64,000 nt of DNA, from the NCBI GenBank assembly GCA_951406725.2, contig OX597837.1:46190001-46254000 (forward strand). Reading direction: 5' to 3'. Shown piece after piece: positions 34,601 to 44,815 of the stretch (its first letter is position 1; each line of letters starts with the position of its first letter). A program made the position numbers and the translations under genes. The notes under the pieces are model-generated. The model was not told the DNA's origin and made no database searches. It was given only the letters and a program-made list of their open reading frames with translations. Origin of the DNA: Octopus vulgaris. Lineage: Eukaryota.

Positions 34601-37600
34601 GTAAGAAGCTTGCTTCCCAACCACATGGTTCTGGGTTCAGTCCTACTGTGTGGCACCTTGGGCAAGTGTTTCTACTATAGCCCAAGGCTATAGTAGAAAC
34701 ACTTGGGCCGACCAAAGCCTTGTGAGTGGATCTGGTAGATGGAAACTGAAAGAAGCAATTTAATCCTTGTTCTACATCCAAGTGCTTGCATTTCCTCTAC
34801 AATCTCTTGATAGTTGTCAGCTTCCCTGTTCCTGAGGAAATTCTGAACCACATCGGAGAAGGCATTCCAAGCTCTAGCATCAGCTGCACTCGTAACAAAA
34901 TGTGGATACCTGAGGAGTGTTCTTATTTGAGGTCCATCAAATATTCCTGCTTCCTGACTAGTGTTTGAAGCTTGCCCTACTTTTATAGGGAGTTCATGGC
35001 TCAAATTAGTATAGGTTTTGAATAGGATTTGACTGGTCTTAGAAGATTTTGTAGGTTTCCCCACTATGTCTAGGAAAAAGAGTGCATGCATATAAATATG
35101 CATTTCAGGACAAGCAAAGTGACAACAACATTCAGAAATGTGGAAAGTATTTTACTGTAGATGAATGTGATGCAAGGCTGAGAGAAATTGTGCATATCAG
35201 GAGAGAGAGAGAATCCTGGGAAAGTTTATGGGACAGGTATCTGTCTGGGTGAGTTTGTATAGTGCAGAATGTGCAGACAGAGGCCATGTGAGCGAGTGAG
35301 TGCAGAATGTGTAGACAGGTGGCACGAGTGAGTGCAGAATGTGCAGCACGAGTGAGTGCAGAATGTGCAGAGGCGATGCAAGTGAGTGCAGAATGTGCAG
35401 ACAGAGGAGGCACGAGTAAGTGCAGAATGTGCAGACTGAGGCAGTGCGAGTAAGTGCAGAATGTGCAGAGGTGGCACGAGTGAGTGCAGAATGTGCACAC
35501 TGAAGCAGCATGAGTGCAGAATGTGCAGCTGTGGAATAAGCTGAGGCAAGTGCATTCTCAATCCATGATATGTGGTTAACTCTTTCAGGCAGGCATGCAT
35601 GCAGTGTGAAATGGTTTGAAAGTGGTGCAGAGGTGAAAGGTGTCTGGTGCTGTGGTCATGGGCATTGGCTGTAGATAGCAAGAGACGACACAGTGTGGCA
35701 ATGCTGGCACATTGCAAGAGACAGGCAACTATTCATTCCACGACCAACCTGGGGCCTAACAGAGGCAAGTTGTGTCCATAGCAAGGACACAGATTATGAT
35801 GTGACATCCGACATGCATCGAGTTGGACAAAGGAGCTGAGTGGGTAAAAGACATGAAGAAAACCAGTCTTTCTCACGACTGCTACTTTGCTTGGCTTGAT
35901 GATTCTTTTCAAGCACAACATAATCCCAAAGGTTTTGGTCTTTGACCCCCGTTTTCTACAAATTCTTTTTTTTTTTTAAGACCTCGTAGGTTGTTTTTTT
36001 TTTTGTTTAATTTTATTGTGACCGGGTCTTAAACTGTGTATTGACCTTGTTTTCTAAATGTATATCATCATCATCATCGTTTAACGTCCGCTTTCCATGC
36101 TAGCATGGGTTGGACGAATATCGTAGGTAAATCATAAATCCGAAAAAGAATATATAAAGATAGATATGACTGGTCTATATAGACCGACCATATCTATCTT
36201 TATAAACTCTACTGCTCGACTCTACCATAGCCACGGGCCGACCAAGGCCTTGTGACTGGATTTGGTAGACGGAAACTGAAAGAAGCCCGTCGTTTATATT
36301 TATGTGTGTGTGTGTGTGTGTTTCCACCACCACCGCTTGACAACTGGTGCAGTTCGGTAAAACAGACTGGTAGAATGAAAAAAAAAATATATTAGCACTG
36401 GGGTCGACTCATTTGACGAAGGAGTCTTCCAAGGGATACCTTAGCATGGCTGCAGTTTGATGAATGAAACGGGTAGATAAACACACCTTCAAAGATCAAA
36501 ATTACGAATTATTTACAAGGAAGGTGAAAATTAAGGCTGACACGAAGTTATAAATCTGTATTGACAGATTGAAATCTTACTGTTTTCTTCTAATGAAGCT
36601 GAGCTTTTGATGTCCCCATTTTTAGAGACATGATTAACCAAAGAAAATTAAATGTGGGAAGTGTAAAGTTGTTATTTTCATGCCTTTCTCGGGGATGATA
36701 TAAGTGTAGCAAATGAAAAGAAGTTGGTTTATTGTTTTACCGTATATAAAAGAACGGGAAAAGGTAACTTACACAAGCGGTGTACTGTAATATACACAAA
36801 TGGTGTTGCAACGAATGATTCGAGGCAGAATCGCGAGACCATCGGAGACAAATATCCATCAGAAAGAATTTTCCGTTTAGGAACGATAATCAAGATATTA
36901 GAAGTTTTCATCTGAGTAAAATTTTTTTTTTTCATTTACTTCATTTTGAAATACGAATTGAAAACGAAGATATACACACACAAACACCACGGAAAGACTT
37001 CCTTGTGTACCCCACCCAATAAAATTTTAAAAAAAAACATATTATACATGGTGGAAAATTGATTTCCTACCATGTCTTGTCTTATAATAATAATGATGAG
37101 GAGGAGGAAGTTATAAAAATTGAGAATTTCCATTAAAAAAAGCTTAATTTCTGTATTATGTATAATTCATGTCCCAAGGTTAGGCAATTTAGGGCTTAAC
37201 GTTAGGCAAACTGGGACATGAATATACATAATACAGAAATGAAGGTTTTTTTTTTAAATGGAAATTCTCAATTTTTGACTTCTTCATCATTTATTGTAAG
37301 AAAAGGCAGAAAATAAATTTTTCACCCTGTCTAATAATTTTTAAAAAAATTCTAGAGGAGGGGGGTATAAAGCCTTAAGTAGAGTATTCAAATAATTTTA
37401 AACATTACGAGTTTTAAATACAGAACAATTGAAAAAAAAATAAATAGAGAAAAAAGAAAAAAAAACCCAAACAATTCCCCACCCTGGGTCGAAAAGTTGG
37501 GAGCCCTGGGAAAGCTCCCTAATTGAGACACACCAGCTGGCTTAAGTTATACATCCACAAGGCTTCACTAAAATTACCTTATATATCTATCTATCTATCT

Positions 37601-37729
37601 ATCTATATATTAGGAATGCCTGTACGGCTTTCTTACACAGTGTCTTGTTTTGTGTTAATAGATTAATGACTTGCAACAGAAATAAACGAATGTTTTCTTA
37701 CCTCCACGTTCCAGATCTGACCAATCCAT
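20941..37729 (-). CDS. GTSE1: G2 and S phase-expressed protein 1 homolog (about 946-965 aa). complement join(37702..37729,[36581..36637],33783..33834,29073..31494,25874..25969,23515..23668,22362..22404,20941..20986)
   Basis: Spliced N-terminus [18 protein letters not shown]|[17 protein letters not shown] matches the GTSE1_N signature (vertebrate ...DEKFDFDLS...DDEVFFGP.GHKERCIA). Basic S/T/P-rich body and C-terminal SxIP motifs (SKIP, SKLP, SRIP). Exon phases chain to TAA at 20941. The large exon holds two compensating indels with two in-frame TAA between them. Confidence 0.85.
22362..22404 (-). CDS. GTSE1: GTSE1 exon ([13 protein letters not shown])
   Basis: ccatttcag|...AAA|gtaaga; 43 bp. 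Confidence 0.8.
22725..23105 (+). mobile_element. SINE family A
   Basis: Diverged copy in a GTSE1 intron. Confidence 0.8.
23515..23668 (-). CDS. GTSE1: GTSE1 exon
   Basis: attttcag|ACA...AAG|gtatgt; 154 bp. Confidence 0.85.
24286..24905 (-). mobile_element. RTE LINE reverse transcriptase remnant
   Basis: [28 protein letters not shown] motifs. Confidence 0.92.
24958..25680 (-). mobile_element. Decayed Tc1/mariner-like element
   Basis: TA-rich terminus and fragmented DDE-region-like sequence. Confidence 0.5.
25874..25969 (-). CDS. GTSE1: GTSE1 exon ending in SKIP
   Basis: atttcaag|AGT...CCT|gtgagt; 96 bp, phase 0-0. Confidence 0.85.
26344..27293 (+). mobile_element. 5'-truncated RTE LINE with (GAT)n tail
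   Basis: [33 protein letters not shown] motifs. Confidence 0.9.
27868..28030. repeat. Perfect 78-bp inverted repeat with 7-nt loop
   Basis: 27868..27945 is the exact reverse complement of 27953..28030. Confidence 0.95.
28255..28640. repeat. (TA)n/(CA) compound microsatellite
   Basis: Direct inspection. Confidence 0.95.
29073..31494 (-). CDS. GTSE1: GTSE1 large exon (2422 bp) containing the 39-bp coding tandem array
   Basis: ttttcag|T GAT GAA GAA ATA TTC TTT GGA...ACC|gtaagt; ORFs 30234..31505 and 29040..30194 share one frame. Confidence 0.85.
29649..30581 (-). repeat. Coding minisatellite: 24 x 39 bp ([13 protein letters not shown])
   Basis: Unit gactcatttaatggtagtgtctggtttttaacagtaaac; 933 bp = 24x39-3. 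Confidence 0.95.
31600..33150 (-). mobile_element. RTE LINE fragment interrupted by another LINE 3' end (about 32095..32392, +)
   Basis: Reverse of the 26344 RTE; insert encodes [13 protein letters not shown]. Confidence 0.85.
33783..33834 (-). CDS. GTSE1: GTSE1 exon (first half of GTSE1_N)
   Basis: ctctgttccag|..GG|gtgagt; [16 protein letters not shown]. Confidence 0.85.
34755..35110 (-). mobile_element. DNA-transposon-like protein remnant
   Basis: [12 protein letters not shown]...[18 protein letters not shown], a motif recalled from metazoan repeat ORFs; superfamily not assigned. Confidence 0.6.
35255..35530. repeat. Minisatellite, about 9 x 24-34 bp (gagtgagtgcagaatgtgcag...cac)
   Basis: Direct tandem copies with variable spacer. 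Confidence 0.9.
36581..36637 (-). CDS. GTSE1: Possible symmetric GTSE1 cassette exon with non-canonical GG acceptor
   Basis: 57 bp, open in phase 1-1, ACA|gtaag donor, ttttctttGG acceptor. Confidence 0.4.
37702..37729 (-). CDS. GTSE1: GTSE1 first coding exon (MDWSDLERG)
   Basis: aaaacgATG ... GAG|gtaag; phase 1 fits exon 33783..33834. Confidence 0.7.
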
Positions 37730-37917
37730 CGTTTTAGAAATATAAATAGTAGACGCCCGATTACTTAAAGTATCCTACAGACTGTATTTATAAATACACA
37801 GATATCTAATACATGTGTATAGGGATAGAACTATATAAGAATACAGCCCTGTTCAGCTGTGTATATAAAGTTTTATGCCTATACACCTATGTATGTATAT
37901 ATATATTGTATACACAA

Positions 37918-37986
37918 TTCAAGAAGGATTCCCACAACTCAGTTCAAAAATGACGCCGTTCATTTATTGGCTGATTAAAGCCGTTG
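37918..37986 (-). promoter_or_regulatory. GTSE1 promoter: MYB site, CCAAT box, CDE-CHR tandem
   Basis: Minus strand reads CAACGG (37981-86), AGCCAATAAA (CCAAT 37966-70), GGCGT-CATT-TTTGAA (37943-57) and CTTGAA (37918-23), about 200 bp upstream of the ATG. Confidence 0.6.
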
Positions 37987-38104
37987 ATGGGAACAGTGTC
38001 GTAAATACAAACAAACCCGTCAAAAACTATATTTTTTATGTGAACTTAAACCCGCGACCTTTTCATCTGAGAAAGTAACAGTTAGTTCGTCATATATATG
38101 TACG

Positions 38105-38469
38105 GGCGATCTTTCGTCTCTAGTAGACCTTTCCGTCGATTTCCGTAAAAAATTTCAGTTATCTCTCTCTTTCACACATTACTCTCTCTGTCTCTTCACA
38201 CACACTAACAGAAGCACTTCACTTACACAACATACTGTCTGTCTGCCACACCCCATCAAACACACACACACACACACACACACACGCACGCACACACACA
38301 CATGTCCATCAATGCTCCCATGCACGGTAACTTCAAAAGAACTTCCCTCGTCATACAATCGCTTTCTCTTAGTCTCTTTCGCTCTCATTACTTCAAAAGT
38401 TCCCGCAAGCCCATATGTAAAAAAAAAATAATAATTTTTACGGAAATCTACTAGAGACGAAAGATTGCC
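38105..38469. mobile_element. MITE with 9-bp TSD (Merlin/MULE-like), related to 5123..5623
   Basis: TIR ggcgatctttcgtctctagtaga; TSD atatgtacg at 38096-104 and 38470-78. Confidence 0.85.
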
Positions 38470-38529
38470 ATATGTACGTATGTATGTGTGTATGTACGTG
38501 TGGAAGCACTTTTTTTTTTTTTTTTTAAC

Positions 38530-38905
38530 ACTCCGTCGATTACGACGATGAGGGCTCCGGTTGATCCGATCAACGGAACAGCCTGCTCGTGAAATTAACG
38601 TGCAAGTGGCTGAGCACTCCACAGACACGTATACCCTTAACGTAGTTCTCGGGGATATTCAGCGTGACACAGAGAGTGACAAGGCCGGACCCTTGAAATA
38701 CAGGTACAACAGAAACAGGAAGTAAGAGTGAGAGAAAGTTGTGGTGAAAGAGTACAGCAGGGATCACCACCATCCCCTGCCGGAGCCTCGTGGAGCTTTA
38801 GGTGTTTTCGCTCAATAAACACTCAAAACGCCCGGTCTGGGAATCGAAACCGCGATCCTATGACCGCGAGTCCGCTGCCCTAACCACCGGGCCATTGCGC
38901 CTCCA
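38530..38905 (-). mobile_element. tRNA-derived SINE family D
   Basis: Head ggcgcaatggcccggtggttagggcagcggactcgcggtc...gtttcgattccc; second copy at 46177..46535. Confidence 0.85.
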
Positions 38906-39388
38906 CACTCTATGTATCGGACTTTACTGTCCATTAAAAAAAGTTCTTAGTTCACACATTGAGTGTGAGGTAAAACTGATAATGCACAGTGTTATCAGAT
39001 TACTGCGTATCCGATCACCAATTAGTTACAGTGGAAACAAAAAATAATTTTAATGTAACACGTTTGTTATGGAATAAAGTGAAAGAAATTGTTTTAATTA
39101 AATTCTCTATTAATAACGTAAAGTGTACTAGCCATCTGAATGTGGCTAGCCACTGGGGGTGGGTGTTACTGACGCTTTTAGCCCCAGGAGATCGACGTCT
39201 CCAGCTGGCCTTAGACACAATTTCTGTGCCCTTATGATATTTGCAAAGGGAGGTCATCCTCCCTCGAAAACCTAAGTGATACATACGGACTATAGTTTCA
39301 AGGTTTTTGCCTCTCGTCATCGTTCGGAGATTTATTAATGCTCTCTATTAATATTCTTGTTTATAATGCAGAAAATGGCAAAATAAAG

Positions 39389-39658
39389 CAGGGCTGGTTT
39401 AAGCCAAGTAGACAGGTTTGTTCAAATTAAGTCCTGCGCCAAAAGAGGGCCCCATGCACACACTCAAGTGCAGGATGTTATGATAAATTTTTAGTATATC
39501 ATCGTGGTTAATGGTGGAGTCTCAAGCACTCAACGCTTTTTGGCTGAGATTGACGTACTTCAGGAAGCATAAAACATCAATCTTCAGTTTTTGTAGAGTG
39601 GAGGGCCCCACTGTATAAATTCTCTACTTGGGCCCCACACTATTTTGTGCTGGCCCTG
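39389..39658. mobile_element. hAT-like MITE
   Basis: cagggctgg / ctggccctg termini, gggcccc subterminal motifs. Confidence 0.6.
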
Positions 39659-41949
39659 GATAGAGTAGTAATGTCTAAAACTGAAAAATGATGTTGTGAT
39701 CATAAAACACAAGAATACTTTATATTTTTACGTTGCCATAACCTGCAATAAATTTTTTTTTAGATATTAATCTGACCCCAACCAACAAAAAGGAAAAGAC
39801 CCGAAAAGGAGAAGAAATTTAGGGCCCTTTATCTTTTACTTCTTTCAGTCATTTGACTGCAACTGTGCTGGGATGCACAACCTTGAAGAATTTTTAGTCG
39901 AACAAATCAAGCGCAGTACTTATTCTTAAGCCCGAAACTTATTCTATTGGTCTCTTTTGCCAAACTACTAAGTTATGAGGACATAAACAAACCATCATTG
40001 GTTGCCAAGCACCACTGAGGGACAAACACACAAACACATATATGATGGGCTTCTTTCAGGCGTATCCCACTACTAATATAGGTTTCAAATTTTGGCATAA
40101 GACTTGCAAGTTCAGGAGAGGTGGGTAAATTGATTCCATCAAGCCCAGTGCCCAGCTAGGACTTATTTTGTCGACTTCAAAAGGATGAAAAGCAAAGTTC
40201 ACCTCAACAGAATTTGAATTCAGAACATAGAGATGGCCGAAATGCTGCTAAGCACTTTGTCCAGCATGCTAACAATGCTGCCAGCTTACTGCCTAATCCC
40301 ACTACAAATAGTGATTTCAAATTTTAGCACAAGGCCAGCAATTCGGGGCAGGTGCTAAAGTTGATTACATTGACTCAACTAATACTTATTTTATCAACCC
40401 CTACAGGATGAAAGCCAAAGTCAACCTCAGCAGAATTTGAACTCAGAATGTGAAGCCAGTTGAAATGACACTAGCACACTAACATTTTTGCCAACTCACC
40501 ACCCTTTGCCTACAACCAATATTAACTTCACTTTTATTCTTCTGCAGCTTGATGGAAAATAAATGCCTGCTGTTAATGTTGTCACTGTTGTTGTTGGTGG
40601 TGGTGCTTAGTCCCTATTCCCTCTTCTCTGTGCACCTGTCACATCTGAAGGGTACCTTTCTTGTTAGACTGCTGTGATCCAACTGCACATCTTGTGCACT
40701 TATTGTTTGCATTGGATACACCATTTGGAGTTTTCACTCATACTTTCTTGCACATCAATTATGGCCATTTCCTTAATGGCTGGAGAATCTTATTTTGAAA
40801 AGCAGCAACAAACCTGTACATAAGGTGGTCACTGCAGTTCAAATCTTAACTGACCAGTGCTGCAAAACTCCAGTCTTCTGAGGCAAACAGATGCTACCTA
40901 TTACATTATTCTTGAAGAAGGATTACCTTCCAAAATCTTGGCTAAATTCACATATTTTTCTTCACTGCTTTTGTGGACTCCCATGACTTTCTGTTGCTAT
41001 CCTATTCCATTATTATGAATTTGAGTCATGGAGAACCTTTCATTAACTGACTACACAATCATGGATGCTGCTCCTAAGAATGTGCTGCAGTTACTCTCTT
41101 GATAAAGCTTGGTAATCCTCCACTCAGCATCAATATAAAAGGTACTGTTGGCTCAGATGAACTCCTCTGCAACCCTTTGACATATCCACCATGCTGCAGT
41201 CCCATGCTGTATTCCTGACCGGGTGGCTGAACAGGTACTTTACCTTGCCAAAGGGCAGCCTGTATCTATGCAGGGCACGGCCATCACTTCATGAGATATT
41301 TTCAAAATACCTGCATACCTTAATTCATATTAAGGTACTTCAATTCTAAGTTTTGTTTGTATGTCTGGAATTTTGTGGTCAAATCTTCCATAAATATGTA
41401 TGGGGGGGGGGAGGTACATATGCAACATACGAATAATAAGATTCATTAGTCTTGCAAAAAGACATGACAACTTCTTTAGAGCCGGTTCCAGGACAAAGTT
41501 CATCCAGTCCACTCTGTAAAATAGTCAGTGTTAGGAAGGGTATCCCTCAGTAGAAACCACACCAAAACTGAGTGGTGGTGGTATAAGTTTATGAAAGGAG
41601 GAATGGCAGTGTTCACGGCCTTTACAAGTCCTCCCAAATTGGTTTCATTGTTATTGTTCTGTGTTATTTCTATCATTTGTCCTTTCTCTATGATTAACTT
41701 TATTTAAATAATTGGGGATCATCTCCATTCTAAAAGACTATGCAATGATAGTTTCTGTATTCTGTCCCTTCTCACATTACTAAAACCCTACCTGAACACC
41801 TGCAAAAAGAAAATGTAAGAAACTGGAAGACAGTGGGGTCTGTTCTGACACTTGCAACATTGTCAGTTTTGTCTGCTAAAGGTTTGCAAAGACTAAGTGG
41901 AAATATTAAATTAAGCAGGTATCACAAGCATGGACCTATAACACTGTGT

Positions 41950-42160
41950 AGCAAAATGGGCAACGACGATAAAGGAGGACCTCTCCGAACTCCTAGGTCC
42001 GCAGATGGTCGGTCTGCGTAGATGAAACCGCAAATGGCTCGCTATCTCCAGTGACCTCGCACGGGACCATCGAGCGTGAGCCGCCAGGGTTTGTGATGCC
42101 GTTAGGACCAGAGAAGAAGCCGGCTCAACCCGCCCTGGGTGAACGCCGTCACAAGTACAA
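41950..42160 (+). mobile_element. RTE-clade LINE 3' end
   Basis: WATTIKEDL...LARDHRA...AGSTRPG*-like reading, aagtacaag tail. Confidence 0.6.
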
Positions 42161-42381
42161 GATATTGCTCCCTCCCTTTCTTCCAGATATTCTATGGAAT
42201 TATAACCAGTGCTGATTTCTGTGTTACGACGATTCGTATCCAAAACGTCAGATGCAAACAAACAATGAGATCGAAGATGAAAAAATATCTGTGGAGACAA
42301 TCCTAACAATTGATGTAAGGCGCACTGCTAACACAGTAGGACACGGTATTAGCTTATAAAAACGTTTGATATACTTTAGAG

Positions 42382-42555
42382 CAGTGCCCCGCAACATTTT
42401 TTCACTTGCGGTACACTTATATGCTTTTCAAATTTCGGCGGCACACCTGAACTAAAAATATAACTAAAAGTATAGGGGAAAAAAATTATATTCAGGTTAC
42501 ACTGCGGCACACCTAGCATCGTCAGGTGACGCGGCACACCGGTTGCGGAGCTTTG
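42382..42555. mobile_element. hAT MITE
   Basis: cagtgccccgcaac TIR; TSD ctttagag/cttttgag; gcggcacac subterminal repeats. Confidence 0.75.
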
Positions 42556-42935
42556 CTTTTGAGTATATTATGGTGGCATTATGAAATGCCGCATCTCTAC
42601 AAGTCATTAATGCTTACATACCAGCTTCCAGGAATGTGTTTCATATGCAAAATTGGCAGATCCAGAAACGTTACACGGCTGTATTTAATGGTTATTTAAG
42701 CAATGAATTCGTGGACGATTAAGAGCTGACGAAGGAGCAAAGACTCTCCAAATATGGCCTATACGCTCATTATTCCTTTTACGTCTTCGATCTCATTGTT
42801 TGTTTACACCTGACGTCTTAGATATGAATTACCTCGAAACAAATATCAGAGCTGGCTATAATTTCTATAGAAAATCTGTAGAGATAACCCAACCCCCAAC
42901 AGGTGATTTGAAATAAAGGGGGTGTCCTTTTATTA

Positions 42936-43347
42936 AGGCGGCGAGGAGTTGGCAGAAACGTTAGCACACCGGGCGAAATGCTTAGGGGTATTTCGTCTGC
43001 CGTTACGTTCTGAGTTCAAATTCCGCCGAGGTCAACTTTGCCTTTCGGGGTCGATAAATTAAGTACCAGTTACGCACTGGAGTCGATGTAATCGACTTAA
43101 TCCCTTTGTCTGTCCTTGTTTGTCCCCTCTGTGTGTAGCCCCTTGTGGGCAGTAAAGAAATAGGTATTTCGTCTGCCGCTACGTTCTGAGTTCAAAAACC
43201 GCCGAGATCGACTTTGCCTTTCATCCTTTCGGGGTCGATAAATAAAGTACCAGTTTCGCACTGGGGTCGACGTAATCGATTTAATCCCTTTGTCTGTCCT
43301 TGCTTGTCCCTTCTGTGTTTAGCTCCTTGTGGGCAATAAAGAAATAT
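42936..43347 (+). mobile_element. SINE family B tandem dimer
   Basis: Full monomer followed by a head-truncated second monomer. Confidence 0.85.
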
Positions 43348-43508
43348 ATTATTGCTACCATGACAACTTGAAAAATGTGTCAGAAAGAAAAGCGAAGAGT
43401 AATGGGAGATAACCGAGACACACAGCATTGTTTGACAGACATATATGTTGTAGCAATAACATTTAACCCAACCGTCGTCTTGCTGAGGTTATCAAAATAT
43501 TTCCAACC

Positions 43509-44088
43509 ATGACCGTTGTGATCGAACAACCGACCATTATGGATCGACTTCTGGAAGCTGGATTATTTGTGGGAGCAATTTTCCAATTGATTTGTATCTT
43601 CGCTATTATAGTTCTGCCTACAAGTGTTGAAGAGAAGGTATTCAGTCTCAGTTATTTGATACACATACACACCCCACGCACGCAAACACTTATTTGACAT
43701 TTGACTCGGTTCTTGTTATAAATACTTACATGGGATAGGATAGACAGAGGGAATAGTCCAAGTGGTAGCCTGGAATTATTGTGGTGTAATATATAGGGAT
43801 GTAAGGTTCTTAAGGCGATTTTTTTGGTTTTAGGTGCCTATACATGCGGGACTTTATAATGGTGCGTGTTACAATGTAGAAAAACCAAACCTTTTGCTGT
43901 CTAAACATAATTGTGAGGGCACCAAACGTTTTGGACGGTTCTATAGATAGAGCTCAGCTGGCCGAAACTTCGAAGCCACTGTCAACAAGATTCTTGTATA
44001 AAAATAATAAATTTATACTCCACAAAAATATAGACTAACTCATCAGATTAATATAAAATTGTTTTTATTATAAGCCAACATAAAAACA

Positions 44089-44128
<40 letters not shown>

Positions 44129-44192
44129 TGTGTATATATATATATATATATACACACACACATATATATAACTAAAGTGGATCCTCTCTTAT

Positions 44193-44244
<52 letters not shown>

Positions 44245-44756
44245 TATTGAGTATAATATATATATATATATTATATATACACTATTGAGTATAATATATA
44301 TATATTATATATACACTATATATATATATATATATATATACACTATACATATATATATATAATATATACACTATATATATAGATATACATACACACACAT
44401 ACACATATATATATGAGAGGGAAAGAAAGAGCGAGAGACTTTTTTGTTGCCACACGCAAAGACGACTTTCTCTGTTAAGCTACCTGTTATTCCAGAATAA
44501 CAAGTTTAAAAGGAAGCTATGTGTGGACACTTAGAATCAGGTATTCAAAGCTAAGTCTGAGGACGCCAGGAATGGTTGGTACTTAGTACCGAGCTGACTG
44601 TACTTTTAAGTAACGCTTAGGTGTTAGTATACTACTGTATGTATGTGTGTTTCTATCTATCTACCTACCTACCTACACAAAGACATACTAAGGTGCTTCG
44701 TTTCACCATGGTCGTCGGTGAACTGGGTATCTTCCGTTTCTACCTTACCTCTTTAT

Positions 44757-44815
<59 letters not shown>

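Noticed and set aside
35132-35717. Cys/His-rich ORFs resembling zinc fingers
   Set aside because: Frames of a non-triplet minisatellite; no real finger spacing.
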